This document shows, piece after piece, positions 1 through 13,549 of a stretch of DNA of 64,000 bases. The notes beneath the pieces were generated by a model, which did not search any database, was not told the DNA's origin, and saw only the letters and a list, made by a program, of their open reading frames with translations. Source of the DNA: Antedon mediterranea (taxonomy: Eukaryota > Animalia > Echinodermata); NCBI RefSeq assembly GCF_964355755.1, contig NC_092680.1, positions 4,464,001 through 4,528,000 on the forward strand. Direction: 5' to 3'. A program made the translations under genes and the position numbers. Every line of letters starts with the position of its first letter. Position 1 is the stretch's first letter.

Positions 1-139
1 CGCGTCTGCTACGCCCCTACGACCACCTAGATCATGGGACAAACGAAACGAAACGAATTATTTCATTATTAGAGTTGTTTGGACTTTCTCTTTATACAAT
101 AAATAAAAACATTGCAATGTTAGAATATCATTTATTTGC

Positions 140-450
140 CAAACAATTTCCACATTTTCGGAAATACAGTAAAGAAACGTACAGTAATTCCCACACGTTA
201 TGCGTCACGTTTGACATGGTTCAACGACCATTATTATGACAAAATGTGAAATTAGAATTTTTTTTTTTTCAATTTTGTTGTTGAATATGCCATTTTAATG
301 TCACGTAATAGTTTATTCATAAAGATTTACCTGAAAAAATATGTAATTTAAAGCAACAAAAAATACTTAAATAGTCAGACAATGGTTTTTGGTTAAAACT
401 GAAAAATTGCATTCATTTTTTTATGTTTTTTGGGGACAATGCATCTTTAA
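140..450. mobile_element. Probable right end of a non-autonomous DNA transposon (Kolobok-like, TTAA target)
   Basis: Ends in GGGGACAATGCATCT|TTAA, a terminus type typical of TTAA-targeting elements. The left end is not identifiable in the window and the boundary is approximate. Confidence 0.3.
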
Positions 451-1347
451 TACCATAAATGAGAAAAAAAAAACTTCCCCGTGACTTTAGATAAAAAGTT
501 TAAATGGTGTTAATCCGAATGGACATATTTGCAGCAGTAATAACTTTTGCACAAATTAATTTAGTAGTTCTATTTATATATTAATTTTTGAATGTAAATA
601 GAGCACCTGTTTTTATATTTGAGTCAGACTTGTAGTTTGCAAAAATATGGTATATTTATTTGATGAGCAATGGTATACTACCGAGATTGTATTAATTTGT
701 ATTTTATTTTACATTACCCAGTACATTTTTCTTAACGTGGATTACAAAAATCAATATAATGTAATACTAAATGATTAAATTGATTTTTTTTTATTTTTAA
801 CTTGTTTTGTACTTGTATTGTATTTTGTACTTGTATAATATTAATATAGCATTAAGTGTGTTTCTATTTATTTAATTATTATGTTAGTCTGTTACTTCTA
901 TCTTTCAAATGTCAACCAGTCTGTCGGCCAGTTTTTTCACAATCGCCGTCATTTATTTCTTGACACACGTTTTCATTGAACTTATTTATCATCAAACATT
1001 TCAAACCTAAAGTAGATTAAGTATTTGGATTCTATTCTGTATTTTTAGATCCGACGCACATCTTGAAAACCATAACAAAATGTCATTCAAATCCCTAGAT
1101 ACGGTTTTTTTTTCGTTGACAACACGATTCTCCTCTCCTCTTAAGATTTAGGCTAGATAAATCTATTTGCAATTCAGTGTTAAAACTTAGAAGCTATCTT
1201 AATTGAATTGATAACACAGCCCACGCGGCTTGATACTAACAGTATAGATAATGTTATTAACATGTATACTTTAAGGCGTACGTTTAGTACTGTAGTATGC
1301 TGCTATATAACTGTGTGTTCATAAAAAAGTAGCAAACAAGATCTTAC

Positions 1348-1417
1348 CTGTTGATTGGTGTACCCCGGTAGCTGTTATGGAAAGAAGTAAAAAGTAGCTC
1401 CGTAAACGGATAGCCAT
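1348..1417 (-). CDS. First coding exon (signal peptide MAIRLRSYFLLLSITATGVHQST-G) of a secreted or membrane protein continuing left of the window (gene A)
   Basis: Minus-strand ATG at 1417, basic-then-hydrophobic N-terminus, and a strong phase-1 donor ACAG|GTAAGA after 70 nt. Confidence 0.7.
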
Positions 1418-1762
1418 TTTAAAGATCAGGCGCGTGTTATGTTCAGGCTTCTTCCGGGCTAATGTCGGCGTAAAGTGTATCGGACTGGAGTAGCGCTGCT
1501 TAGAACATTTTCATTTTTGAGTCATAGAATCTTAGTCATTAATAAGGATTTGACCTGTGAACCAATGAACAGAAACAAACATATTTTAAAATGAAAGCTA
1601 ACGGAACCTCTATAACGATTCACATATACTGCAAAAAGTCATAATGTATGTAATAAGAAATAAAACATACCGTACCCCAGATGTGCCATGCCAAGAATTA
1701 AAACTCTATCGGTTTTCCATTGAATTTATCGAATTAATTTGATTATGTGTAGGCTACTCCCG

Positions 1763-2072
1763 CTATTTGATATTGTCATATTTTGACTGAAATGTACTTA
1801 TGATATTATGCAAATGAGATTTGATTTGAATTGAATTTATTTGGAGATTCATTATATATAAATATTAATACTATGTACATTTTGATATTTGTCATATTTT
1901 GACTGAAATGTATTTAAATAAGGTTTGATTTGATTTAAATTGAATTTATTTTGAGAATCATTATATAAATATTAATACTGTGTACATTTGATATTTGTCA
2001 TATTTTGACTGAAATGTATGTATGATAGTATGTAAATGAGGTTTGGATTTGATTTGAATTGAGAGAATCATT
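1763..2072. repeat. Degenerate tandem repeat, about 3 copies of about 110 bp
   Basis: TTTGATAT(T)TGTCATATTTTGACTGAAATGTA recurs near 1765, 1880 and 1987, each followed by GATTTGAATTGA-like text. Confidence 0.8.
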
Positions 2073-2812
2073 AAATTCATTAATATAATACTACTGTACT
2101 ACTGACATAAAATACATTTGTATAGAACTTGGAGTTTATTTGAAAATAAACGTGGTAACACGTTTTCAATAACGTCATCATCGTCTGTTTTGCTAACCAG
2201 AATTGTACTTCTTTTAACAATTTAATAAATAATTGAGGCCTTGACCAAATCAACGCAAACACAGTGTCATTGTAAAATATGTTTATCTTTGAAATATTAA
2301 TTCAGACTAATAATATCAAAGAAGCGCCCTCTATTTTCAGAGAATCAAAACTGAAAATGAGATGACGAATTAATTAGACGAGGAAATACGGATTGAAATA
2401 GACAAGATAGTCAAATGAACACGTGACACTTCGATATGTTTTATGTGTTAATATTTGAATACATGGTTGATAAAGAACTGTATAGACTGACGGACAAAAC
2501 ATTGTTAGTTATACCAAGTGTATAATATTATTTATATAATGTATTGAGCCACCATTATATCTAAGAGTGTTTTCTCTTTTGTGTGTGGAGGGGGGCGGGG
2601 GGTGTCTAAGAATCTAAGTTTAGCCATAAAGTGTAATCATTATTCTTGTTGTCTGTAAACTTTTTTAAAGCGCCAATGAAAAATAAACGAAACAATTAAT
2701 ACATGAACTATCTTGTATCGTGGAGGAATTATTTACAAATAAATGGTTAAATATTATTTATATATTATTATTATTATGTTTATTAAAATATAATTTACAT
2801 TTTTGTTCAATT

Positions 2813-2968
2813 TGTTGGCAGTAAATTTATAAATCAGTAATAGAAAATTGTTGATTTTTGTTTTGTACTATTTCGTATACACAAATAATAAAAAGTTAAA
2901 CTTTTGTTGCGGTAAATTTGTAAAATCAGTAATAGAAAAACTGTTGATTTTTGTTTTGTACTATTTCA
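2813..2968. repeat. Tandem duplication, about 92 bp period
   Basis: GTAAATTT...AAATCAGTAATAGAAAA...TGTTGATTTTTGTTTTGTACTATTTC occurs twice. Confidence 0.8.
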
Positions 2969-4389
2969 TAATATACACATTTTTAATTTTGTTTAAACTG
3001 TTTTTGGACTGTAATATGAATTAATAGTTGCATTGAATGACGGGTTTCTCGCATGCTTTGCAGCTGTTTATTAAATACAAAGAGTGGAAACGTTTAAATT
3101 CTCATTGTCATGTGAATGAACACGTGTATGACTCAACATCTACAAAGTTTCTAAAAGAAAAGAAAATAATTATGTGAATTTGCCTATTAGCACAATTTAA
3201 CCAGCTCACGGAATAGTAAAAGTTTAAGTTTTAAATCAGTGAAAAAAAAGAACCTCATCAATCACAAGCACGAAGGCAAGTCAAAGTTCTAGCTGTGCCT
3301 CGACAAAAAAGACAAAAAAAAATATTTCTTATTTCTTCAGGTTATACGGTTTATTTGGTCAAAGGTTTGCACCGATTGGATATTTTTTTTAATCCTGTCA
3401 TGTTAATAGCTTGATCACCTGATTCTCGTACAGTATTATGTATCAATTAATGAATTGTATAATTATTTTTTTAACCACCTTGTCTTTGGTGGCCATAAAA
3501 ACATCAAGTTTTTTCAGAGATCTTCATCATTATCTGGTTCTTCTGAAGTTTTCCACATGATTTCGATCATCATTGCATTTGCATGGACCTATAAATAAGA
3601 CTGTACCATGTTTATTTTTAAATAATCTCTAAAACTATTCTTTATGGCCTGCTTTTTTTCATTGTTTCGGTTGGTCATGTGGTTTGCAGTCAATGTTATC
3701 TTTCGGAAGAGCAATAATCTATAATCAGTAGTCTACACCATTGACGACATCAATGACGCATTTGCAGATACCTCTGCTGCAAGTAGTTCGGCAAATGTTC
3801 ATCACCATCTATTATCTAAATCATTTAATTATTTTTCCAAATTTTTCCAAATAATGTATATGGAACTTTAGGAGAAATAACGAACCCTCTACAGGCCTAC
3901 ACTTTTCATATTGACACTAATAATCATGTTTATTAATAGGCAGACTACTGAAGAATATTTAGCCTGAGTCTGCATAATTTTTTTATCTAAAAAATGAATT
4001 TTTTTTCTTTAAATAAGTTCAGATAAAATATTACCAATCCTTCCTAATCATAAGTCAAATGATATTTCAATGTTAAATTGTATTAATAAATTATTTATTT
4101 TTTGTTTATTATGTTTATAAGCCTGTCCAATAGGCGACGCAAAACTAATATATTTTGTACTGTATTTTTTAAATCTTTGTTTATTTTTGATATAGGTATA
4201 TCCATCTTTAAATATATATATGCAGATTTGTCATAAGTTTATAATTTATATAATGCAATATCCGTAAGCAAATCTAGCATGCATAATATAACATTTCCTG
4301 CCAAGTATGAGTGATTCCATTCTGTCTACGTCACAACCAACTTTAGGGGTAAGGTCAAATTCTTTTTCGACCCGTCGAATATGAGTGTA

Positions 4390-4397
4390 TGACGTCA
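4390..4397. promoter_or_regulatory. CRE palindrome (TGACGTCA) upstream of gene B
   Basis: Perfect CRE about 270 bp upstream of the ATG at 4664; reverse CCAAT boxes (ATTGG) near 4445 and 4574. Confidence 0.35.
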
Positions 4398-4663
4398 CGA
4401 TGGTGTAATAAACTTGAATTTCCTTCCCAAACTTTGAGTTAGTATTGGTTGTTGTATTTACTGCTATCATATCCCGCATATGCTTTCACTATCTTGGCTC
4501 TAAGCTTCCCAGGATTATATGAGAACTTTTGTATAGTTTTTGTTCATACTATCAATTTATTTCACTTGTTCTTCATTGGCGAACTTCAACAATCGGTGCA
4601 CGTGGAAACTGCATATATGTGTCAAATGCAAACGTATCTAATTGTGTAGGAAATCAAATCACG

Positions 4664-4736
4664 ATGAACACACGGATTTTTACGTACGTTCTTGTAATTT
4701 TGTCTAGCCTGGACTTAACATCTTCAACTTCGACCG
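4664..4736 (+). CDS. Gene B exon 1: signal peptide of a MAM-domain type I membrane protein
   Basis: MNTRIFTYVLVILSSLDLTSSTST, donor ACCG|GTACGT, phase 1, compatible with the exon at 9118. Confidence 0.7.
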
Positions 4737-7700
4737 GTACGTATATTAACATCATAAAGTAAAAATACAGTAGGGCTTAACAACCAAACTAAAATCTCGG
4801 ATTGAGTGTCTCTTGAATAGAACGTATTGTTAAAACAATACCCACTCCCCCATCTCTTTAAGTTTCCTTGTGAGGAGAGGTTGTAATTTTAACAAGGACA
4901 TTTGTCTATACGATATTATATTGTTTTAAATCGCCCTTTTGAACGACCTATGCATTAGTTTCATTTCTCACAATCTGAGCTTTTTTGATTACTTGTTTAT
5001 ATAATTCGTATCGGTAACACAATATTGTATTATGCTATATGTACAAGGAATGAACGATACTCTAACTACTTGAACTCTCCACATTAATAATAATCATAAT
5101 TATGTTATGCTCTATTAAGTCTACACATGCATAGATATACCCTTACATGAGTGGATGCCTAATTGGTAACCATTCAACTGTACAATCTTTTCCCAATCAA
5201 ATCAGCACTGCATGATAGAGGTGAGGTAGGCTTTATTATAAATTTTAATTTTCTTTTTCAAACAATTTTACATTCATTGTTTTTATATGTATGACTCATG
5301 TGAATAAAAGTGATTGGTCAAACTTGCTTGTTTGATCAATATATAAGTGTGTGTATTGTGTTTTCTCGCGTTGCTCCATCCATTTGTCAACATACGGAAT
5401 GGATATGAGAGTCGACGAACAGGACACAAAAATACTGTATTTCTATGATATTGTCACCATCACTATGATGTGTTGGTGCACATGAAATATACATACAGGC
5501 CCTAATACATTATTGCATTCATTTCAACAATATACAAAAACCACTTTTGTTCAATATTGAGATAAGGTAATTTAATTAAATTATGAACTTGCAATTTCAA
5601 GTTTGTTCTGATTTTCTTTTCGGTTCATGTCTGACCTGGTTTCAGATTACGACGAACTTAATCCAGTGAAGTGAATTTTTTCTAAGATTATATAATTAAT
5701 AGGCCACAGGGATTATATCATATAATAATGAGGTAGCCTATATATGTCATTTTTCGAAGAAAAAACTAATGTCCACATTGTTATCACCATTCAGTCATAG
5801 TTTAGTACTAATTGTGCACTATTTGTACCTTTCACTTTTTCAAAATATGTCTGGTGTACTGTTTGAAATTGCATAGATAAAGGCTATTCCATTATCAAAG
5901 TAACCATATCTTCATTTAGTATAAAGTCTAAGTTACACATGGTAACTTTGAATGGACAGAACCGATGCATCCCAGCCCTGTAACCCTCATGATACTGCCA
6001 GTTGAACCTTCCACTATTATAATTGAAACTTTAATAACATTTAGAATATTGTTTATTATTTAATTTTTGTTTTGCATGGCGAAGAGTAAAGTTATGTTCG
6101 CGGTAAACCAAAAGGGAATAAAGTATAATTTCAACATTTCGGTTGTTGTGTTCTTCTGTTTCCAAAAGACTGTAGCTTGTATTTTATTTTATTTTATTTT
6201 ATTCAATTTCCAGGTAACATACAAAAATCATAAACAAGGTACGGCAACATTAAATAAAACAGAACAAAAGTACTATCAGCACCTGCGGGTAACCAAAAGT
6301 GGATCAGTTCGAAAGAACTACACTGTCGAGTGGCTTTCCCAACTAATAGTACGAAAAACGCAATAGACAAAAAAACAGAGATAGTCTAGATGAATTCGAT
6401 ATCAGTAATACATTTTTTCAAATCCCTTCTAAACCCCCCCAAAGTTAAACAGGACTTTGTTACGAACTTCATGCGGGATACATTGTAACATAAAATATGG
6501 TTTAAAATATCGAATACGACTTATATCCGTGTTTTCTTTTCTTTTTTTTTTCTAATCAACAAAACAAATCTATAATAAGCATTAGATAGCAGACTGAAGT
6601 ATTAACGTGAACATTAATAATGTAAACACAAATCTATTTTCTTATTTGTTGAACTAAAAATGGAAACTGTTATAATAACATTATCGCAGTTTTTAATGTC
6701 ATTTACAGTTAATAAAATGTCGTTCACGTGTATTTTAATAAGTCATTGTAATCTAAAAATAATGTGTTAAATTGTATAAAGATATCAATTTCGGAATAAC
6801 TTAAAAGGATGTATTAACACTAAACCACAGATGCCGTCTTTATGCAAATAATTAGATGTAATTTTTTTATTTTTAAAAGGGTGAATATTGTAGTAAAGAT
6901 ATATGATTTGCTAAACATGCAACCAAATTTTGTTGATACTGAAACGATTAATGAGGCCAAGTTGAAACAATTTTTTTATTTTGTCAAAAAGAAAAGTGTT
7001 CATTCATTTGAAATTCAGTTTATCCATCTTCTTGAATCGCGCGTAACGTAAAGTGTATAATCATAATTTTGTTTCACGCGTCCACTACAATATTCTTTTT
7101 TTGCGCATGCTCAGAGTTACTAAAAAGCAGACGTATGTACTGAGTTCATATTAGGTATGAATCAGGAGATTAATGATCTAAGTGTCTATTCTTCTACTCA
7201 GTTCTATTCGACTTTTCGTACGGCATTATACTGTATGTCTGAGACAAACCTTTCTCTTACATTTGTTGTTACTGTTTATCTCTCTTAAACTGTTTTCTTT
7301 TTTCTGCAATCCAGCGAGAATCCTTTTCTAAGATTGTTTCAACTTGTGTGAAGCACATAGTGTTTCCTCTTGTGAATGTAACATTAGATGGCATATACAG
7401 AAATAACCATTTTACAACTTTCTAGGAGTTACTGTCATCAAAAGGTCAAGAAGATAGACGGTTGCCAATGAAATATAAACATATTGGCAATCAAACAAAA
7501 ATAAATATTTATAGATTCTATTCGTAGAAAAGCCTGCCATAATTGACATAATCAGTAAAGTCATCAAAGTTATTTTAATTTTCTTATAACACACCTAATA
7601 GATAATTTATAATTAACAAGATTGTTAAATATCAATATAACTTAATTAGTTTAAAAATTAAAAAAAACAGTACTTTCTATATACTATTATAGAATCAGAA

Positions 7701-8439
7701 GAAAAACTTGCAATCATTCCTAATAATCATTTTAAGAAGTTCTAAAGATAAAAGTTATTACGTTGTTCTGTTAACGATTTGTATAGTCTAGATTTAGGTT
7801 TTGGAGAATCAATGAGATTGAAAATTCAAGGACGAATCAAAGACTTTTTGCTAAATGTTGCTAAATGCTAGAAAACCTATTTATAATGCACGCTGGTATA
7901 ATGTACTTTAGCGCGTAAATGTTTAAATGTTCTTTAATATAACATTCCACTATAGATGGCGCTAGTTCGTACGAACATGTGTTTATCATTTTTGGTATGT
8001 CCATTTTCTATTTTCCGTATATTCCTTATTTAAAAGTACCAATATGTAGTTTATAGAAGTATAATATAGATGATAAAGTGTATTGTTCTTTTTAATGTTT
8101 ACAAAATTATTGTCTTGAAGATGTAACCATCCTTGAGTATTTCCACCATTTCTGTTCCTGAAACTATATTGACCAATGAGTCCAGATTTATATATTTTCA
8201 GTTTGAGTTTCATATTTTATTTCACACAAAATATAACACAATACATACATTTAAAAAAATATATAAATGATAAAAAATGTGTGTGGAGATTGCATTAAGC
8301 TAATTTTACTTTAGGTCTGAACTTTCAAATGAACAACTATATACATGTACAAATAGTAATGACTGAAATAAGCAAGAAAAAATACAATTTATGCACTTAT
8401 AAAAAATGTTTAGTGAAAAAAGAAGAGGACAAAAACTAA

Positions 8440-8710
8440 TGTCATCTCTCCACTCTTCTTTTCGTCCTTATCTTCTTCCCATTTCTGGTTGCTATTCTGT
8501 AACTAACTTTGTCCATATATTGTCATTTATTCTTGTAATCTGTCGCGTACCAATCTCCATTTGATTTCTGTAGTTTGTTCTAAAATGTGTATTTTCCTAA
8601 TTCTGGTAAGTTGGATTTTATTCTTTTAGAGTGAGTTGTGTATTCTTCTTTCAATCACCTTTTTTGTCCATGTTTCTGCTCCACTATGTTATTAGAAGAA
8701 TACTCTTAGG
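8440..8710 (-). mobile_element. Decayed RTE-clade LINE fragment (C-terminal RT region)
   Basis: Minus-strand translation with frameshifts reads GAETWTKK..IERRI..KWR..ITRINDNIWTKLVTE*QP..GRR*GR..W, matching the RTE pattern YGAETWT...KWRWAGHIAR..DNRWTK.VTEW.P..KR..GR..RW. Confidence 0.65.
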
Positions 8711-8744
8711 TGAATAATGTTGTGTTGAGAACATCAGTTTTTTA

Positions 8745-8988
8745 ACTACTTTCAACTACTAGGTGAATCCCGTGTTCATTCTGAACGTAGGGGAGTGAGC
8801 TTTTAGGAGCTTATTGTACTAAGCCTCGGCATTATGTGGTAGGGTGGCCAGTTCCTTTCCACGCCGCCTTTTTTTCTCCCTAATATTTTCTAGGTACTCA
8901 TTTACAGCTGAGTGGACTTGTCGGGAATTGAACCCGGGTGTATCTGTATGACAGTCAAGTGTCCTAACCACTCGGCTATCCTACTCCA
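8745..8988 (-). mobile_element. tRNA-derived SINE
   Basis: Minus strand has A box TAGCCGAGTGG, B box GGTTCAATTCC, then CCACTCAGCTGTAAATGAGTACC (a central motif common in metazoan SINEs) and a simple-repeat tail. No complete cloverleaf. Confidence 0.8.
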
Positions 8989-9117
8989 ATCCGACTTAAA
9001 ACTAGTACTCTTTTTTCTAAATGACAATGCCTGATCTTGTTTGTTTATGCATTTCATGTTGTTCTCCTGTATTCTCGTCCACGATGATTGATTTTTATTA
9101 TGTTTTTATTCTTCCAG

Positions 9118-9258
9118 TTTACCAGTGTACTTTTAGTGAACTTGGAATGTGTGGTTTTAAACAATCTACCAATGATCTAATCAACTGGACCAAACAGAAC
9201 ACATTGTCGCAACTTGTATTACCGCCTGCAGGACGTACTATACCAACACGCCAGACAG
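9118..9258 (+). CDS. Gene B exon 2: N-terminal part of the MAM domain
   Basis: Acceptor TTCTTCCAG|, donor ACAG|GTAAGA, phase 1-1. YQCTFSELGMCGFKQSTNDLINW matches the MAM start motif CxF...CGWxQ..D..DW. Confidence 0.88.
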
Positions 9259-10482
9259 GTAAGAATGTTGACATGGTCACCTTGATTATCTTGACCTGAT
9301 CAAATGTGTAACACTACTAAACTCAATATCCATGGATTTTCCATCTTAATATGATGCTTGTAAGAACGCAGATTCGTTTTAACATGGATGTATCTGGTAG
9401 TCCATTTACACTAAATGTTCCCTTAAAAGTCCGTTAAAGTAAAACAATAGTAAGGATTCCCCTTAGATGAGATTCAATTCAAAATAACATTTATTTCTTT
9501 CAAATCAAATAACATTCTAAAAACATTACTTTAATTATCGAAAAAATTGTGAGATTGAAAAAAAATGATTTTTTCCCATTTATTATAATAATTACACTGT
9601 ATCTCCAGAGAAGAGTAAAATTACAATTCCACTCTTCCCTGGTATCACAAACAACACAAATAACACAAAAGAAACGCAAACACATAACAGGACAATAAAA
9701 TGGTCACTTTTCATATTAAAGAAAACGTTTATTAAGAAATATGATTATCATATTTAGTTTTTTTTTTCGTCGAAAGGCGAGTGACACTATGCTATGTGTG
9801 GCTTTCTTCTAGAATTATTCCTATAACAATCTTTAGAATTACTTCAAATGTAACATCATGTTGCCAAACAAGAAGAATATTCCATTTCATCATTCATATT
9901 TCACATTTCAATTCCACAACCTTACTTTTCTTCACCAAATTAACCATCATGTCACAAAAGAAGTGCACAGAAACAAAATACAGCTCCACGATGACGTTTC
10001 GTAAATATAAATTTCTATGTCAAGTATAAATATGATATTTTTAATTTCTTACTGCAACCATAATACATTTACTATGTTGTTTCTGGTTCAAGGTCATCCG
10101 AGTTGTCAGGTTTTACAGCAATTTTATAAGTCAAGGTCGTAATTTAAGTAATTAATAAATTCATGTTTTAAATGAAATGCTTAAGTACAAACTACTTGTA
10201 ATGCTCCAATTGGATTGTTAATTTTCATTTGGCGACATACCTGTAAAATATGTTATATTTTAAAGTGATTAGACTTATATTCCTGGGATGTTCAAGGACA
10301 TAGACTTATGTCACAATATAATAATGTTTAAGTAAGTGGGTTGTGTAGAGTCATACTCGACGTATTATTAAGATATCGTTTTCAATTAAAGTTATTATTC
10401 TTTTTTTATTTCAGCTTTATTTACTAAAAAATTATAACCTAACTTAAACTTTATATAACTGACTTGAAGCTGTTTGTTCTTA

Positions 10483-10647
10483 AGCTACTAGTATGTCTAC
10501 ACTATCAAACTATTTTGACAAAAAATTGTGATGTGCCCAAACACGGTAATGATATGCCCAAACATGCTAGTGATATGACATCATCGTATCCATATATGGG
10601 AACATTACACTCTTTGTCACATAAAATTTGATAGTGTAGACAGAGCT
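10483..10647. mobile_element. MITE family A (PIF/Harbinger-like), copy 1
   Basis: TIR TGTCTACACTATCAAA / TTTGATAGTGTAGACAGAGCT with TTA on both flanks; same internal sequence as the other copies. Confidence 0.85.
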
Positions 10648-10690
10648 TTAGCTTAATATAATACCAACGTTGCTTTGTATTTAATTTAAG

Positions 10691-10977
10691 GAACACATCT
10701 ATGCGCCTGCTACAGAGAAGAACAGCCACGAGAACGATTGGCTTATGTGAATGCGATCATTGAAACACCAATGTATAACATCCTATCCAAGTCTCGAGTT
10801 AGGCTCGTCATGTTTTACTATTTTAAATTAAGAGACCAGAGCGCCCTCCATATTAAGAAAATGGGATATAGGAATGGAAGACCAATTGGAAAAATGATAT
10901 GGACTGGTAATGGAATAACGTTTGGTGTTGGATGGAAAAAGATCGATATTGAATTTTATGCAGAACAGTCATTCAAG
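10691..10977 (+). CDS. Gene B exon 3: MAM domain core
   Basis: Acceptor TTTAAG|, donor CAAG|GTAATA, phase 1-0. GTHLCACY...AIIETP...LVMFYY...LHI...IWTGNG...GWKKIDI matches MAM L.SP / F.Y / W..G / W motifs. Confidence 0.88.
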
Positions 10978-11198
10978 GTAATAATTTACCTTTTCTGTAT
11001 ATACAGTATCTTATCTAATACACATATCGAAATATTCATTATACTATAGTTCCAATAAAATAAACAATAAAGAAATAAAAAACAGAAGAAGGAAAAGATT
11101 GATTTACAATTTCAAAATAAATATTGCAAAAGTACCTACAATTTGTGAACATTATTAAGCAAACAAGATATATGACATTTTATTTATACCCTTTATAG

Positions 11199-11274
11199 CT
11201 TGAATTTGAAGCAGTTGTAACAGCAATAGAATACAATTCTGTGCGAATAGACGAATATTACCTCATGATCCAAG
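11199..11274 (+). CDS. Gene B exon 4: end of the MAM domain
   Basis: Acceptor CTTTATAG|, donor CAAG|GTAAGA, phase 0-1. LEFEAVV...VRIDEYYL resembles the MAM FE...AIDD motif. Confidence 0.88.
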
Positions 11275-13387
11275 GTAAGATTACATTAAATGAACAAGTT
11301 TTAAAAGTTTTATTATTGAGTATAGAAGAATGTAGTAAATTTAGGTTTTATTGTTTGAGAACATACACTGTTCTATAATCTTTGTACTGTATTTTAATTT
11401 ATTTAAAAAAAATATATTTTTGCACACATGGCGTCTCATACGTATAATATTTGAGCTCAAAATAATACATTCCAGACAAAAATCGAATATTCGACTGGTT
11501 GACTAACATAAAAAAGACAATAAAGACAAACAGGGCTAACTTTTCTACTGAAACACTCGTAATTGATTATAAGCAATCAACATTTCTTCCGTAAATGTGA
11601 CCTGGTTTGATGTTGAGGACCTCTTCTGAAACAACCTTCCGAACTCAAATGACCACTATCCTGTGCCTTATAAATGTAGTTTTCCACCCTTTTACTATAC
11701 AAGTTGTTTGATCTGTTTATTTTGTTTGTATAGATAATAATACACATTGCATAAAGATCCGGTACAAGAGAACACGTTGTGTACATACATACAACATGCT
11801 CCGTATATGTACACACATGATCAGATTATAATGTTTATTTCGATATAAAATAAACGAAAAGTTATCTGAGAAATCAACCTTGCACTTGAAACCTCCATTA
11901 TCATAAAATTGAAAAGCACAGTGTCAATTAAAGTTCATTAGTCATTTTCCGATTCAATAATCTTTAATCAGAAGTAATTCAGCGTTAGAGGGCGCTATGA
12001 TGGAAAAACAGAAATAACGTATCTATTATTTTCGTCATTTAGCGGGTAAAAATTGAAATTTTGAAATGTTTAATAATAAGTTGATTAAAGTTTTTAAATC
12101 AAAGCATATGTCGCTTTAACGATAATACTTCAGTGGTTCTTTATATAAATCTAACTTTATGAGATTCAGCCACTGTTGATGTTAAGCTGTATTGTCAACA
12201 AAGTTTCATTATCAATAACAATAGTTTAAACAAATATTTGATTTATATATGGAAGGTAATAAAATACCGTCAATAATATGTTGGATCCATGTATAAGAAC
12301 CACTTATAACGAATTAGAACATCAGATCTAAAAAGTTATCCTACGTTTAGTTTTTGTGTTATTTATAGTTCGATGTAAAGATAAAATAATTGAAAACGAA
12401 TTTATCTACAAATGTATAAGATCAATTGATTCTACTTGCCTAATTAAAACCATAACAATGGATTTCTGAAAATTGAAAACACGGTTCAAAATTAACAGCA
12501 AAGTGAAAGAATATGCTATCAGACCTTACTAATTTAAACTTTGTCAATTACCATTAGACGCTTGTCCCCTAATCTTTTCGAGTTTAAAAACAGTATTGAA
12601 AAAGATGTCAACGTGCCTGGTCAACTTGTCGTACTGGCAAACGAGTTTGTTCACTCGATGTATTTCTCTCGGGGGTACGAGATTCCACCTTACGATGCCT
12701 CATTTTTCATCTGTGTACGAAACTACGTTATTCTAATTTGTAATGATTTTTACTCAGCTTATTTAAACTCTCCGGATAGCAGTTGTTAGTGTTCTATGGA
12801 AGTATCTAATTGTGTACTCAGGTTGATTTCCGTTGCATTTGTGCAAAGCACTGAGACCAACTAAGTATAATTCATTTTAGTGTGCTTTTTTCATGAGTAT
12901 GTGCTGTACTCATGTGATCTCTCTGCCTAGCAAATGTCTGTCTCTTGAGTCGACTGTACTCCGCGAGGTCACTAAGCACACGCTTAAGTGAGTCGGTCGT
13001 GATCCTCATTATATGTGTACCGCCAAACCAAAACCAGGCGTTTGTCGGCAGCAAGGGATTTCTGTAAAATGCTTCTGAATGTGTAAAACCTATATCTTGA
13101 CCATTTTTAGTTTTTTAAATAATCTTACAGAAAATTTACCGTAGATTCCAAAAATCTAGGTATTTTAAAGAAATTATAAGTATAAATCAATGAAAATAAC
13201 ATTTTAATGAGACCCCCTTTTTCGTCTTTGGTGAAAAAATCAAGTTCTATTCTGTAATTTGTGTCTATTTCTAACCAACTTTTACCTCTTTGATTATGAG
13301 AAGACCCCTTAATGTGTGGTATTTTTAGAAAGCTCGTGAAAAAATCTTTCCAAAGATAAAGGTTGTAGGTCATGTAAAATAATAGTA

Positions 13388-13549
13388 TAGCCAATCAAAC
13401 ACATTCTTTAATAACCTTTTGGTATAAGCAAACCAGTCTTGTTGCTACGGAATCCTGAAACAGGCAATTTGATTGGCTAACAGAGTGGCTCAAGTCATTG
13501 AAGCGTTAAATTTGCCTTTAACAGCTATTCAAAGTACACTGAGGAAGCG
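13388..13549 (+). promoter_or_regulatory. Putative intronic promoter: inverted CCAAT boxes, an X-box-like site and a candidate short first exon
   Basis: TAGCCAATCAAA (13388-13399) and TTTGATTGGCTA (13468-13479) flank GTTGCTACGGAATC. Donor GCG|GTAAGG at 13550. Confidence 0.4.

Noticed and set aside
8900-8988. tRNA gene (also 34090-34173 and near 61990)
   Set aside because: A/B boxes only, with no complete cloverleaf; these are SINE heads.
10232-10255. Minus-strand recursive splice-like site TATTTTACAG|GTATGT
   Set aside because: No supported minus-strand transcription unit spans it; expected by chance in AT-rich DNA.
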